Virus record (IMG/VR): IMGVR_UViG_3300037067_004861
Strand: one strand, 5' to 3'
Origin: a virus
Taxonomy: Duplodnaviria; Heunggongvirae; Uroviricota; Caudoviricetes
Length of the DNA: 21,318 nucleotides
Every line of letters starts with the position of its first letter. Position 1 is the stretch's first letter. The notes beneath the pieces were generated by a model. It saw only the letters and a program-made list of their open reading frames with translations. It did not search any database and was not told the origin of the DNA. This document shows positions 7,833 to 17,584 of the stretch, piece by piece. The translations under genes and the position numbers were made by a program.

Positions 7833-10800
7833 CTATAATAAAATACTTCTGAATATCTTTCCATTGGGCGCACTGCCGGCTAGGACAATACCTTTCTCAA
7901 GGTAGCATATATTTGGGATTGTGGTTTCACTAGCTTGTTGACCAAGATCAGTCCATGTAGCACCATAATCTATTGATTTTAAAATCTTACCACTATTACC
8001 ACTTCCACTTACAACAACACCATTCCCAAGATAGGCAAAATTATAAACCATAGCAGTACTATATTGTTGACCTAGATCAGTCCAGGTGGCACCATAATCT
8101 ATAGACCTTACGATATGTCCATGACCAGATGTTCCACCTACAACTATACCATTTCCAAGATAAGTTAATCCTATAACTAAAGTTTCTCCAGCTACAATAG
8201 TTCCAAGATCAGTCCATGTGGCACCATAATCTGTGGACCTTAAAATTTTACAGTTGGGATATGCTCCTGCAACAACTATACCATTTCCTAGATATGCAAA
8301 TGAATATATTCTAGCTTGGCTGTATTGTTGCCCAAGATCGGTCCAAGTGGCACCATAATTCGTGGAACGAAGTATTTTTCCATTAACCACAGTACCAGCT
8401 ACTACAATACCATTACCAACATTTCCTAGACTTATAATGAACATTTCGCTGTATTGTTGACCTAAATCAGTCCAAGTGGCACCATAGTTTGTTGATCTTA
8501 TTATATGTCCATGTGATGCTGTTCCACCTAGCACTATACCATTTCCCAAATAAGCCGAGCTATATACACCTTCTTCACCAACTACGATGGTTCCTAGATC
8601 AGTCCAAGTAGCCCCATAATTGGTAGAGCGAAATATTTTTCCATGTGTAGATGTTCCTGCAATAACTATACCATTACCGATATAACATATCGTTCTTATA
8701 GTTGTTTCACTAGCTTGTTGACCAAGATCAGTCCAAGTAGTACCCAGGGATTCTTTTAATGGAATAATATAACCAAAATAATCTTGGCCAGTATCATCAG
8801 GAATTCCGATAGCTCCTGTTGCACCTGTGGCGCCCGTGGCCCCTGTCGGTCCTCCTGGAGGGCCACTAGGGCCTGTTGGCCCCGTTGGTCCTGTAGGTCC
8901 ACCACTTGGGCCTGTTGGTCCTATATCACCGCCTTCGGAGAAAAGTTCCCAGTAGGCAGAAGGTATTGTTGGTATCTCACCAAGAGCCGAAGTGACACAA
9001 ATCCAAGTGGAATCACCTTTACCAGAAACACCACTTGAATAAGTAACTAGGTCATTAAGTTCATATAAGGTTTCACTATCCCACTCACCTTGCCACTGGC
9101 ATCCTGCTGGTCCCGTTGCTCCTGTTGGACCACCACTTGGACCCGTTGCCCCAGTTGGACCAGTTGGTCCTATTACTCCATCATCACCCTTGGCACCTGT
9201 TGCCCCCGTTGGCCCTATATCACCACCCTCTACTAATAAATCCCAATAAGGGTTTGCTAGTAAATCAGGCACATTGCCTGTGGTAGTGGCTTTACAAATC
9301 CAAGCAGAGTCGCCATAAATAGTACCAAGATAGTATTTTACTACGTCATCGACGTAATAGGTAACACCATCATCATACTCACCTTTCCATTGGAGTCCCT
9401 TAGCTCCCGTAGCCCCAGTGGCTCCTGCACCAGTTGCACCAGTTGGACCCGTGGCCCCTGCTGGTCCGGTGGCTCCAGTAGCACCTGCTCCTGTAGCTCC
9501 TGTAGCTCCTGTTGGTCCCGTGGCTCCTGCTGGTCCCGTGGCTCCTGTTGGTCCTGTAGCTCCTGCTGGACCACTAGGTCCGCTAGGTCCGCTAGGTCCG
9601 CTAGGTCCACTAGGTCCGCTAGGTCCGCTAGGTCCGCTAGGTCCAATTAATCCATCGGTTATAATTTTTAGTATTGGTGACGATGGACCGGGTGAGCAAT
9701 AGATTATATTATCAATTGCTACTCCACGTTCCCAATTCCCAACACCAACCGAAGCCGTCGTACTTATTGAGTCATCTAAAGGATTGATTCTAAGAACATA
9801 ATCATATAATGCGGGTACACCGAAAATATAATTACCGACGTAGTTTGCTCCACTCCATTTCCCACCGCCTACTAAGGTACCGAAGGTAGTGATACTGTCG
9901 TCAGTGGTATCAATTTTAAGAACTGTTTCACTACTATAAGGTATGCCATAGATATAATCACCAACGGCTACCGCGGATTTATATTTAGTACCGCCAGCAT
10001 CAAAGGTTCCAAAAGTAGATGTTGTGTCATTAGTTGTATTGATTTTAAGGATAGATGTTTCATTGTAAGGCGTGGCATAGATATAATTACCAACTTTATC
10101 CGCTCCCCACCACTTGCCATTGCCAACTAATGAGCCAAAAGTAGTAATGGTGTCAGTAGTGGTATCAATTTTTAGAACTGTTTCACTACTATAAGGTATG
10201 GCATAGATATTATTGCCAACCAATACTGCCGTAAACCACCCATAATTTCCTGCTAATGAACCAAAGGTAGTGATAGTATCGGTAGCAGTATCAATTTTTA
10301 GAATCGCGGTACTCGCTACCGGAATACAATAAATGCACCCATTGGGCGCTAATATTGCATCCCCATAAGACTCATAGGTAAGCGATCCTAATTCTGTAAT
10401 TTCATTGGTGGCCGTGTTTAATTTTAAGATATATGTTGTGCCCGAACGTGGAATAAAATAAACATACAGCCCCACGGCTACCGTACCATAGTAATGACCA
10501 TCTTCGCCATATAGTAAAGTAGTTGAATACCCACGATCAACTTCTGGCCCTGTGGCCCCAGTGGCTCCAGTAGGTCCCGTGGCTCCACTAGGTCCAGTAG
10601 CTCCAGTAGGACCATCGACTCCATTAGCTCCACTAGGTCCTGTAGCTCCACTGGGCCCCGTAGCCCCATCTATTCCAGGTGCCCCACTAGGTCCTGTAGC
10701 ACCATCGACTCCATCGACTCCATTGGCCCCACTAGGTCCACTAGGCCCACTAGGTCCACTAGGTCCACTAGGTCCACTAGGACCTGTTGGCCCTGTTGGC

Positions 10801-11021
10801 CCTATGCTTCCACTACCACCCGTTTCCCAAGTAGGTAAGGCACCTATACCATGTGAAGTTAAGACCTGACCCTCTTCCCCTTGACTTAATTCAAGATAAT
10901 CACGGGAATAAGGGTTATCAGCCTTAACTATTAAAGAGCCATATTCACCAATCTCTATCATAGATGGGCGAATAGCCAATTCTATTTGTACCCAAGTAAT
11001 GAAATCAGTGAATTCTGACAT
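7833..11021 (-). CDS. Collagen-like fibre/adhesin with two beta-propellers and two CBM5/12-like modules (1062 aa)
   Basis: Four G-X-Y runs (GPT/GAT/GPS); about 7 repeats of ~42 aa (VGNYIYxIPYxSxxVLKIDT) at ~9660-10500; two WxGxY/W...W modules at ~8925-9400; 7 repeats with Asp-box/BNR motifs (RSTxYGATW) at ~7836-8745; AGGA SD. Confidence 0.8.
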   Translation of the reverse strand: MSEFTDFITWVQIELAIRPSMIEIGEYGSLIVKADNPYSRDYLELSQGEEGQVLTSHGIGALPTWETGGSGSIGPTGPTGPSGPSGPSGPSGPSGPSGANGVDGVDGATGPSGAPGIDGATGPSGATGPSGANGVDGPTGATGPSGATGPTGATGATGPEVDRGYSTTLLYGEDGHYYGTVAVGLYVYFIPRSGTTYILKLNTATNEITELGSLTYESYGDAILAPNGCIYCIPVASTAILKIDTATDTITTFGSLAGNYGWFTAVLVGNNIYAIPYSSETVLKIDTTTDTITTFGSLVGNGKWWGADKVGNYIYATPYNETSILKINTTNDTTSTFGTFDAGGTKYKSAVAVGDYIYGIPYSSETVLKIDTTDDSITTFGTLVGGGKWSGANYVGNYIFGVPALYDYVLRINPLDDSISTTASVGVGNWERGVAIDNIIYCSPGPSSPILKIITDGLIGPSGPSGPSGPSGPSGPSGPSGPSGPAGATGPTGATGPAGATGPTGATGATGAGATGATGPAGATGPTGATGAGATGATGAKGLQWKGEYDDGVTYYVDDVVKYYLGTIYGDSAWICKATTTGNVPDLLANPYWDLLVEGGDIGPTGATGAKGDDGVIGPTGPTGATGPSGGPTGATGPAGCQWQGEWDSETLYELNDLVTYSSGVSGKGDSTWICVTSALGEIPTIPSAYWELFSEGGDIGPTGPSGGPTGPTGPTGPSGPPGGPTGATGATGATGAIGIPDDTGQDYFGYIIPLKESLGTTWTDLGQQASETTIRTICYIGNGIVIAGTSTHGKIFRSTNYGATWTDLGTIVVGEEGVYSSAYLGNGIVLGGTASHGHIIRSTNYGATWTDLGQQYSEMFIISLGNVGNGIVVAGTVVNGKILRSTNYGATWTDLGQQYSQARIYSFAYLGNGIVVAGAYPNCKILRSTDYGATWTDLGTIVAGETLVIGLTYLGNGIVVGGTSGHGHIVRSIDYGATWTDLGQQYSTAMVYNFAYLGNGVVVSGSGNSGKILKSIDYGATWTDLGQQASETTIPNICYLEKGIVLAGSAPNGKIFRSILL
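7836..8745 (-). repeat. Seven ~129-132-bp intragenic repeats encoding BNR propeller blades
   Basis: WTDLG...GNGIV...G.I.RS..YGAT repeated; 32 identical nt at 7924-7955 and 8704-8735. Confidence 0.85.
9571..9644. repeat. 9-bp tandem repeat CCRCTAGGT x8, encoding (GPS)8
   Basis: Read directly from the sequence; a second array of about 6 units lies at 10729-10782. Confidence 0.9.
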
Positions 11022-11038
11022 ATTTATTTCCTACAATG

Positions 11039-12751
11039 TCAAATGGTTTCTTCAAGAGTTAGATAAGCTGTACCAGAGGCGTTCGCCGCAACGGCATTTA
11101 GATCACACCAATAAATATAATTACCGGTGTCACTTAGATTACCACCAGCATCAACTATTGTGAAACGATAAGCAATATCCAATTTATTAGCTTGGTAGGT
11201 AAGTAAATGGCCACTATTATCATAACACACTAATTTTTCAGGATTAGTGGGTAAACACGAGATTCCCACTAAGTCGGAGATCGGTTCCAAAGGCCAATCT
11301 GGTGTATGATCGAAAACCACACTTATTGGTTCAAAACCACCAATCACGCAGTTTCCAGTGGTAGTAGCATTGTATCCAGATTGATTTGTCGCCGGAACGA
11401 ATTGCATCCAAGCAGCCGTACCGCGGGCATCATCGTTTTCTATCAAAAGTGAACGAGTCCAGATTTTCTTTTGGCCACTAGGAGTAGCCACGAAACCGGC
11501 ACCTTGCCACGTTCCACCAACAACAATATTGAGATTAGGTGCTATGGCTAGATTTTGATTGGATGTCACAGTGATAATATGCTCATTTTCAGAACGCAAT
11601 CTACTATCTGCTTGTGTTACTGTTAGTAGTGGTGCGATATCTGCAACTTCGATAGTTTTATCAAAAACAGAAATATAGCCGTTAGCGGCCCTGGTTGCTG
11701 TTATCCTAAAGTTGATATTATTATCATTATAATCCCCAGGATTAACGCAAGTAATGTCTTTAATTTTCTCATAGGTTGTGCCATTCGCTATGACGAAATC
11801 ACCGTGTGGTGAGGAATAGACAATAGTATCAAAAGCAGCTACTGTTGTGTCCTGGACTCCGGCCTCAATACCTTTAAAAGCAAGCGCTCCTGGATTGCTT
11901 TCATTCGTAAAGCCATTATCAATAAATGTTGGCCTTGTATCGTTGCATTTAATTGTGTGGTAGCCATCGTCCGATCCATCCACATTAGTAAGGCGAACTG
12001 GGCCATAGGCCCCAGCCGCATTACGTGCTTGAACACTAGCCGCCAAGGCTTGTGTTGTGTAGCCAGTAGTATCCACCGTCCCTGTTACCACAAAGGTATT
12101 CGTGGAGGGAAAGGTTTGGATAGAAGCAACACAAGCCCCGAAATCAGCGATACGTACCGCTACACAGGGAACATCCGTGGTCCCTGTGAGTTGGAACGTA
12201 TCACCTTCTTTTACTTCCGTTTGACTTCCAGGATATCCACCCAGGAAATGCAGTGTCAAAAGAGTAGGACCAGCCACAATCTCTAAGGTAGTAGTGTAAC
12301 TGGTTCCTAAAGTCTCATTTGGAAGTACCATACTAACAGTTAAATCAACCGCATCTTGCTGCAATGTGTAATTCACTGACTTGGAGTAATGTCCAGTATC
12401 GGTTGAGGCATCCAGTTCAAAAACTGTATCCTCTATCTTACACATTGGAAAGGTAGAATGAATCGTGATAATAATATCACGAGAACTAGTCACACAACTA
12501 GCTAAAACAGTTTGACCAGCAACGTCAATAAATACTTTACTCGAAACCTCTTCATTATCTTCATCTTGTGGAACAATATCCGTAATGAAGATACTGCCAC
12601 TATTAGCAGCCTGGTTTAAAATCTCTTTTTGGACTTTCCCCATTTCCTCTACAACACGTTCATAATCCCAGCCATCTGGACTGGCAAATTTGCCCATGTC
12701 CAGACGACTCTTGGATTGACCATACCAGAGACTTGTCAACCAGTTACTCAT
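11039..12751 (-). CDS. Hypothetical virion accessory protein, probably tandem Ig-like beta-sandwiches (570 aa)
   Basis: Thr/Val/Gly-rich beta pattern; lies in the head module; N-terminal ~45 aa resemble those of 12754..13485. Confidence 0.6.
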   Translation of the reverse strand: MSNWLTSLWYGQSKSRLDMGKFASPDGWDYERVVEEMGKVQKEILNQAANSGSIFITDIVPQDEDNEEVSSKVFIDVAGQTVLASCVTSSRDIIITIHSTFPMCKIEDTVFELDASTDTGHYSKSVNYTLQQDAVDLTVSMVLPNETLGTSYTTTLEIVAGPTLLTLHFLGGYPGSQTEVKEGDTFQLTGTTDVPCVAVRIADFGACVASIQTFPSTNTFVVTGTVDTTGYTTQALAASVQARNAAGAYGPVRLTNVDGSDDGYHTIKCNDTRPTFIDNGFTNESNPGALAFKGIEAGVQDTTVAAFDTIVYSSPHGDFVIANGTTYEKIKDITCVNPGDYNDNNINFRITATRAANGYISVFDKTIEVADIAPLLTVTQADSRLRSENEHIITVTSNQNLAIAPNLNIVVGGTWQGAGFVATPSGQKKIWTRSLLIENDDARGTAAWMQFVPATNQSGYNATTTGNCVIGGFEPISVVFDHTPDWPLEPISDLVGISCLPTNPEKLVCYDNSGHLLTYQANKLDIAYRFTIVDAGGNLSDTGNYIYWCDLNAVAANASGTAYLTLEETI

Positions 12752-12753
12752 AA

Positions 12754-13485
12754 TTAGTCATCGCCAAGAAGAGTCCAAACTATTGTAATTGTACCGCTTA
12801 CTTTAAGAACATCAGCGGTCACACCACTATCATCATCACCAAGACCAACGACATTAAGATTTAACTTTATTGCCGAAGTATGGCCATCTAGAACTGCTAT
12901 TGCTGTGGATGTAGAGGCTTCAATGGCATCCGAAGCACCAGCCACTAAATCAGCATCAATACTGGCACAAATGTTCTCCTCTGTAGTCTGGAGAGCAAAG
13001 TTAGTACCATTGGCTCGGGCTGCGGTACCCACACCAACCTCTAAGTCTGCAGTATCCGAAAGACCACCACCACCACCCGTCACAGCTTCAAGGCCACCAA
13101 GAGGATAAACTTGGTGCGATCCAAGGAGTAGTGCCCGGCCTACCGGAAGCGTATAGAGGAGTTTTGTTCCCCATGCCGCATCTGTAGCCGGAGTAGTACC
13201 GTCCGTAATAGCTACCTCAACTTCATCCAAGGTGAGGATAGTTTTGTGGACAGCTCCATCACCCTTCTCTACCACGGTAAGACCGACTACTGTAGCCGCT
13301 ACACCAACACTATCTATAGCATCTGCATCGACACCAGATGTTGTATCATCCAAATGTTGCTGTGTTGCAGCGATCTCCGCAACAGCCCTTTGCCAATCGT
13401 CAGCATTAGGAGCCTTACGTTGACCAAGAGATACGTCACGATTTACCGAATCACCAGTCCATACACTTGTTGGATAACTAGCCAT
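12754..13485 (-). CDS. Hypothetical head decoration-like protein (243 aa)
   Basis: TAATG-coupled to the portal gene; small-residue-rich beta pattern (HKTILTLDEVEVAITDG...KLLYTLPVG). Function inferred from position. Confidence 0.55.
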   Translation of the reverse strand: MASYPTSVWTGDSVNRDVSLGQRKAPNADDWQRAVAEIAATQQHLDDTTSGVDADAIDSVGVAATVVGLTVVEKGDGAVHKTILTLDEVEVAITDGTTPATDAAWGTKLLYTLPVGRALLLGSHQVYPLGGLEAVTGGGGGLSDTADLEVGVGTAARANGTNFALQTTEENICASIDADLVAGASDAIEASTSTAIAVLDGHTSAIKLNLNVVGLGDDDSGVTADVLKVSGTITIVWTLLGDD

Positions 13486-15227
13486 TATTTTGCCTCTCCT
13501 CTAACTTGTTTTTTACCAGTAGGACTCAAATCAGGATTTTGACTTTCCGCTTTCTCCACTCTACTATCATTAACGGGATCACCACTTTCATCAGCAACAC
13601 CACGAGCACCATTACTATCATTATCATTATCATTATCATTATCACTAGTTTGAGATAATTTTATTCTCAAAAGACGTTCGGTATGATCTTTAGCGGCCTT
13701 CTCTACTTCATCTTCGGAGTAACCACGGGCAACAGCCGCAGTTTTAAGGCTAACTAAACCATGCTCAATATCTTTATGGATATCTTCAGCCTTACTAGTC
13801 ATATAAACTGCATCATCAATTTCGGAGATTATTGTATCCAAATCCTCCTTAGATACCTTAGCACCCACCAATATATTTGCTATTTCCTTAGAGATAGCTC
13901 TTTGGAAAGTAGAAGAAGGTATTGTCTCTCGTTGCACCCCAAGAGATTCTGCCTCTTTCAATCGTTGGGCATCAGTTTTTAAACTATATTTTTGTGGGTA
14001 ATTAATTGTAGCAACATCGTCCGTGTTCTCATAATAGGCAAAAATCTGAGCAATCTGTCGCTCACCATGTTCGAGGATTAAGCCGAGATTACTTAAACCA
14101 CTTTCTAGTCCACGTTCATCCATTTCCTTGGACTCAGCACTAGAATATTTAGACTGCACATTGCTTAATGCTAAATTAATTAGCATTCTAATGTCGTCTT
14201 TCAACTCCTTTTGCTTCTCCATTGAAGCCTTTAATGGCTCTGATGACGGGTGAATGAATCCAGGACGTTCCATTCCCTTACCATAAGAACGGCCATGGTT
14301 AGCACCGATTTCCGCGTCAGTATTTTTCCCAACTCTCCCCTCAACCTCATTCTTCATGAACATGGCCTGAGCCATTTGATCCGTTTGTTCTGTATAGAAT
14401 GGAAGGGATGCCCTTAGAATCCAACTTATATCCGAACTCTCCATATTCATTAAGGCAATTTGGTGGTTAGCAATATCCTTTGTTAGTGGTTGATCTAATT
14501 CAAACAATACAAATGGTATCTTCGGGATATTGATAATATAATCTTCCTCAGATATCTCACCATGGATATCAATTTGTTTACTATCCGTATTAAATAGTTT
14601 TACCTTAACTACTCCATTCTCTTTAGAGAGGAAACGATAACGATACTTCGTTCCACTTGGAAGACCTAATTCATCGTTAGTAAGATATGCTTCCTCTAGG
14701 AGTAGAGTTTTGAATTCAGTTCCATGACTAGAGAAGTCAAAGGACCAGTTCTTAATGGCTTCGGCCTTATAAGTATAGAGATATGGCCGTAAACCCTTGG
14801 AATCCGCTAATGTGATATTATCCTCAATTCGAGGCATATCAACGAAAACACCTACTTTACCAAGGAAGAGCATTTCCGGTAGGACGTGTCTTCCTATGAA
14901 GTGGTTCATAGTTGACCCCTCAAGGTCAACACCTAAGTTCTCACCGGATACCGCTGAGGAATATTCTTTGGAACCACCGAGACGAGAAATATCACTCATT
15001 CTTTGAAAGATGGCGTTCTTTACGTCTTCAATCGCCCCACGGGCAAACGCCTTAGTAGTGGAGATACTTTTACGATCAGCAAAATCAGCAACACTCTCAC
15101 GTTGGCTGAATTTCACCAAGTATTTCTCAATAAAATCATCCCCACTATCCTTAATATACCGATATTTTTCCCAATATACCGATGCAGCCAAGTAATCTGG
15201 GTGCATCGATGAACTAATATTAATCAT
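13485..15227 (-). CDS. Portal protein
   Basis: 580 aa, ATGA-coupled to the large terminase; N-terminus HPDY...WEKYR...YLVKFSQRES..F..RK resembles DUF4055-type portals; helical C-terminal half. Confidence 0.8.
   Translation of the reverse strand: MINISSSMHPDYLAASVYWEKYRYIKDSGDDFIEKYLVKFSQRESVADFADRKSISTTKAFARGAIEDVKNAIFQRMSDISRLGGSKEYSSAVSGENLGVDLEGSTMNHFIGRHVLPEMLFLGKVGVFVDMPRIEDNITLADSKGLRPYLYTYKAEAIKNWSFDFSSHGTEFKTLLLEEAYLTNDELGLPSGTKYRYRFLSKENGVVKVKLFNTDSKQIDIHGEISEEDYIINIPKIPFVLFELDQPLTKDIANHQIALMNMESSDISWILRASLPFYTEQTDQMAQAMFMKNEVEGRVGKNTDAEIGANHGRSYGKGMERPGFIHPSSEPLKASMEKQKELKDDIRMLINLALSNVQSKYSSAESKEMDERGLESGLSNLGLILEHGERQIAQIFAYYENTDDVATINYPQKYSLKTDAQRLKEAESLGVQRETIPSSTFQRAISKEIANILVGAKVSKEDLDTIISEIDDAVYMTSKAEDIHKDIEHGLVSLKTAAVARGYSEDEVEKAAKDHTERLLRIKLSQTSDNDNDNDNDSNGARGVADESGDPVNDSRVEKAESQNPDLSPTGKKQVRGEAK
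13621..13644. repeat. (TTATCA)4 microsatellite encoding DNDNDNDND in the portal tail
   Basis: Read directly from the sequence. Confidence 0.85.
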
Positions 15228-16885
15228 AGGAACTCCTTAATATCAGTATTAGTTGTAATACTAGCAGCCAATGGTAATGCGACTTCAGAATAATTGTAGG
15301 CGTGAGCAAAGTGGTCGGGACCAATATTCTCGTAATAGCCTACAGGATTACCATTCTTATCTTCTTTATATCTACGCACTGGACTCTTTAACTGACTTTG
15401 GAACTCAGCAGAAATATCCTTAGGGATAATAACCGTACCATTCCTAAAGCGATTTAAAGACGTATCCAACCAAGTAGTCCTATCAATCAGGACGCGGTGG
15501 GCATTAGAGTCATCAGCTATGAATCTACCAGAGATACTATGATTATAAAAGCATAATCTAACACGACCATAATAGGCCATAGCAAATTCAAAAGCTAATC
15601 GCGTTTCCGGTTGTGCATCAATGACGCACATCATCACCTGCCACCGCTTCATCAACTCTCCCAGTTCACTGAACTCCCTAGCTTTTCCAGCCGTGATAAC
15701 TTCACAGGTCGCATTCATATTTAAATCAGGGCCGAAACCAGGAAGGGACCAAGCACTAACGACATAGTGAAGCCACGTCCCAGCGTCAACCCCCATTGTA
15801 ATCACTCGACGCGGTGCTGTATTATCAAAGATATCGTTGCAGCAACGATTGCTTTTCAGTTGGGCATTGATAAGTTCAACATCAGTTATCTGGCTACCAG
15901 GCGCCACATACGCCACCCCTAACTTGGAGTTATAAAGTTCTTGGGCTTCCAATGGATCAATTAATGAGGATAGATAAGAATAAGCTAGACTCGCCGGAGA
16001 GGCTTTACTAGCAGAAGAATATAACTGTGGAATATGAAAACCACGTATATCCACGTCCCTAGGACCAGTAGGTTCCCAGAAACCATTTTTCAAGAAATTA
16101 GGTTTCTCTTCATGCTTGAGAACACCATGGCACTCCTTACAAACCAAATAACTATCTCTGATTTTAGGATCAAGACGATCCTCAGCCGTAATGACCAAAC
16201 ATTCCGGAAACACTAACTCAGTTATTCTGCTACAATGCGGACATTTAAAAAGAAAATGTTCCTTGGTGCTTTGGTCGTAGATTTTTGAGATACCCTTATT
16301 TGGTAGTGTTGGAGTAGATAACTTAAAAATCTGCCACCGAAGTTGGCCCGCGGCACGTTCCTCAGCAAGGATCACATTCTTTTCATCCATTTCGTTCAGT
16401 TCATCAAAAACAATAAAGCCAACCGGAATGGATTTCAAACCGGAACGGCTGTTGCTACCACGGATGTAGAGGTTAGCACTGCCAGCTCTTTTGTGGCCGA
16501 CGTTCTTAACATCACTGAATAACTCTGAGAGATGTGGACTTAGTTCTAGGGCTGCATCGAAACGAGCCGAACTGAAATCCGTAGCATCTGGAGTCTTCGA
16601 CGGTAAGACGTAAAGGCAATCGCGTCGTTCTACGTCGATATTATAAAAGGTGATGTTTAAAACTGTCTCAGTGAAACCCATCTGAGCAGCTTTTGATATT
16701 ACTATCTGTGGATGCTTAGCATCATGGACTTCCCGCAACCATGGGTGATGGTCAAAAGACCAAGGCCCAGGAAACGGCGAACCCATCATGCGGTAACGTA
16801 CAGCCCATTTTGAGGGCGACGTTACCGCACGACGTTTCAGACCATTTGCAATCACTGTTGCAAAATGTTGCTGCAAATTACCCAT
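15224..16885 (-). CDS. terL: Terminase large subunit, lambda gpA family
   Basis: Walker A-like ISKAAQMGFTE, Walker B FIVFDELNEM, KLSTPT motif, Zn-binding CPHC...CKEC, nuclease motifs ITMGVDAG, VIDAQP and DHFAHA. Start probably ATG 16885 (track uses TTG 16909). Confidence 0.9.
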   Translation of the reverse strand: MGNLQQHFATVIANGLKRRAVTSPSKWAVRYRMMGSPFPGPWSFDHHPWLREVHDAKHPQIVISKAAQMGFTETVLNITFYNIDVERRDCLYVLPSKTPDATDFSSARFDAALELSPHLSELFSDVKNVGHKRAGSANLYIRGSNSRSGLKSIPVGFIVFDELNEMDEKNVILAEERAAGQLRWQIFKLSTPTLPNKGISKIYDQSTKEHFLFKCPHCSRITELVFPECLVITAEDRLDPKIRDSYLVCKECHGVLKHEEKPNFLKNGFWEPTGPRDVDIRGFHIPQLYSSASKASPASLAYSYLSSLIDPLEAQELYNSKLGVAYVAPGSQITDVELINAQLKSNRCCNDIFDNTAPRRVITMGVDAGTWLHYVVSAWSLPGFGPDLNMNATCEVITAGKAREFSELGELMKRWQVMMCVIDAQPETRLAFEFAMAYYGRVRLCFYNHSISGRFIADDSNAHRVLIDRTTWLDTSLNRFRNGTVIIPKDISAEFQSQLKSPVRRYKEDKNGNPVGYYENIGPDHFAHAYNYSEVALPLAASITTNTDIKEFL

Positions 16886-16961
16886 GATAATTAGGAACCA
16901 CCGCAACAATGTGCAACCCTAGGAAGCATAAAACGCTTAGAGACTAAAGAATTAAGCATAA

Positions 16962-17237
16962 CTAACTCTCCATGTTATCCGCTTTTTCTATAAAAATAAG
17001 AATTAATAAAGAGAAAACAGACGCGAATGCCACTAGAGCAAAACTATTGATTATAAAATCAAAAAGTGTAAATGAAATTAAAGTTGCTATTAGAAATGCC
17101 ACCCAATGACTTAAACAATAGGGGCATTTCAATACTCTCCAACCCAGGTAAGAGCGTAATTTTCTAAAAATCACGCTCTTACTTATAGTTATGGAGATTG
17201 TAGAGATAGCGGCTGAAAGCAATATAAAATTAACCAT
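16962..17237 (-). CDS. DUF1360-like small membrane protein with CPYC motif
   Basis: 91 aa, about 3 hydrophobic helices; LKCPYCLSHWVA matches the L.CPxCxSxW pattern of this family. Confidence 0.6.
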   Translation of the reverse strand: MVNFILLSAAISTISITISKSVIFRKLRSYLGWRVLKCPYCLSHWVAFLIATLISFTLFDFIINSFALVAFASVFSLLILIFIEKADNMES

Positions 17238-17257
17238 AATGTTTTTAACTTAAAACT

Positions 17258-17584
17258 TTAATTTCTTAATGATAGGTCCACAACCAATGGTTGATCCACG
17301 CCCCTACCCGTTTTAGGAATGACATTACGGTAGAAGGTTTCTGTTCTGAGTCCAACATATCTAACTACCTTACCATCAATCCTAATAATGAGGGTTGGAA
17401 ATACACGCTCTCGACTATCCATTATGATTTTAACGTCATAACCCTCGGCTATTAGTTTATTGATAACAGCCTTAGCCGGAACACAGAAAGGGCAATGTGG
17501 GGAGACATGCAATTCCGCTGTCTCTGCTCTAGCACTAACGCTAAACGATATAAGAGCAAGAGTTGCAAGAAAAACTTTTACCAT
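17258..17584 (-). CDS. Secreted thioredoxin/glutaredoxin-fold protein
   Basis: Sec-type signal peptide ending A-R-A; HCPFC active-site motif; cis-Pro-like VFPTLII motif. Confidence 0.7.
   Translation of the reverse strand: MVKVFLATLALISFSVSARAETAELHVSPHCPFCVPAKAVINKLIAEGYDVKIIMDSRERVFPTLIIRIDGKVVRYVGLRTETFYRNVIPKTGRGVDQPLVVDLSLRN

Noticed and set aside
9341-10869. Alternative-frame and antisense ORFs over the collagen runs (9341..9646, 9390..9650, 9418..9702, 10478..10669, 10552..10869)
   Set aside because: They are shadows of stop-poor G-X-Y codon repeats within a clear 1062-aa gene.
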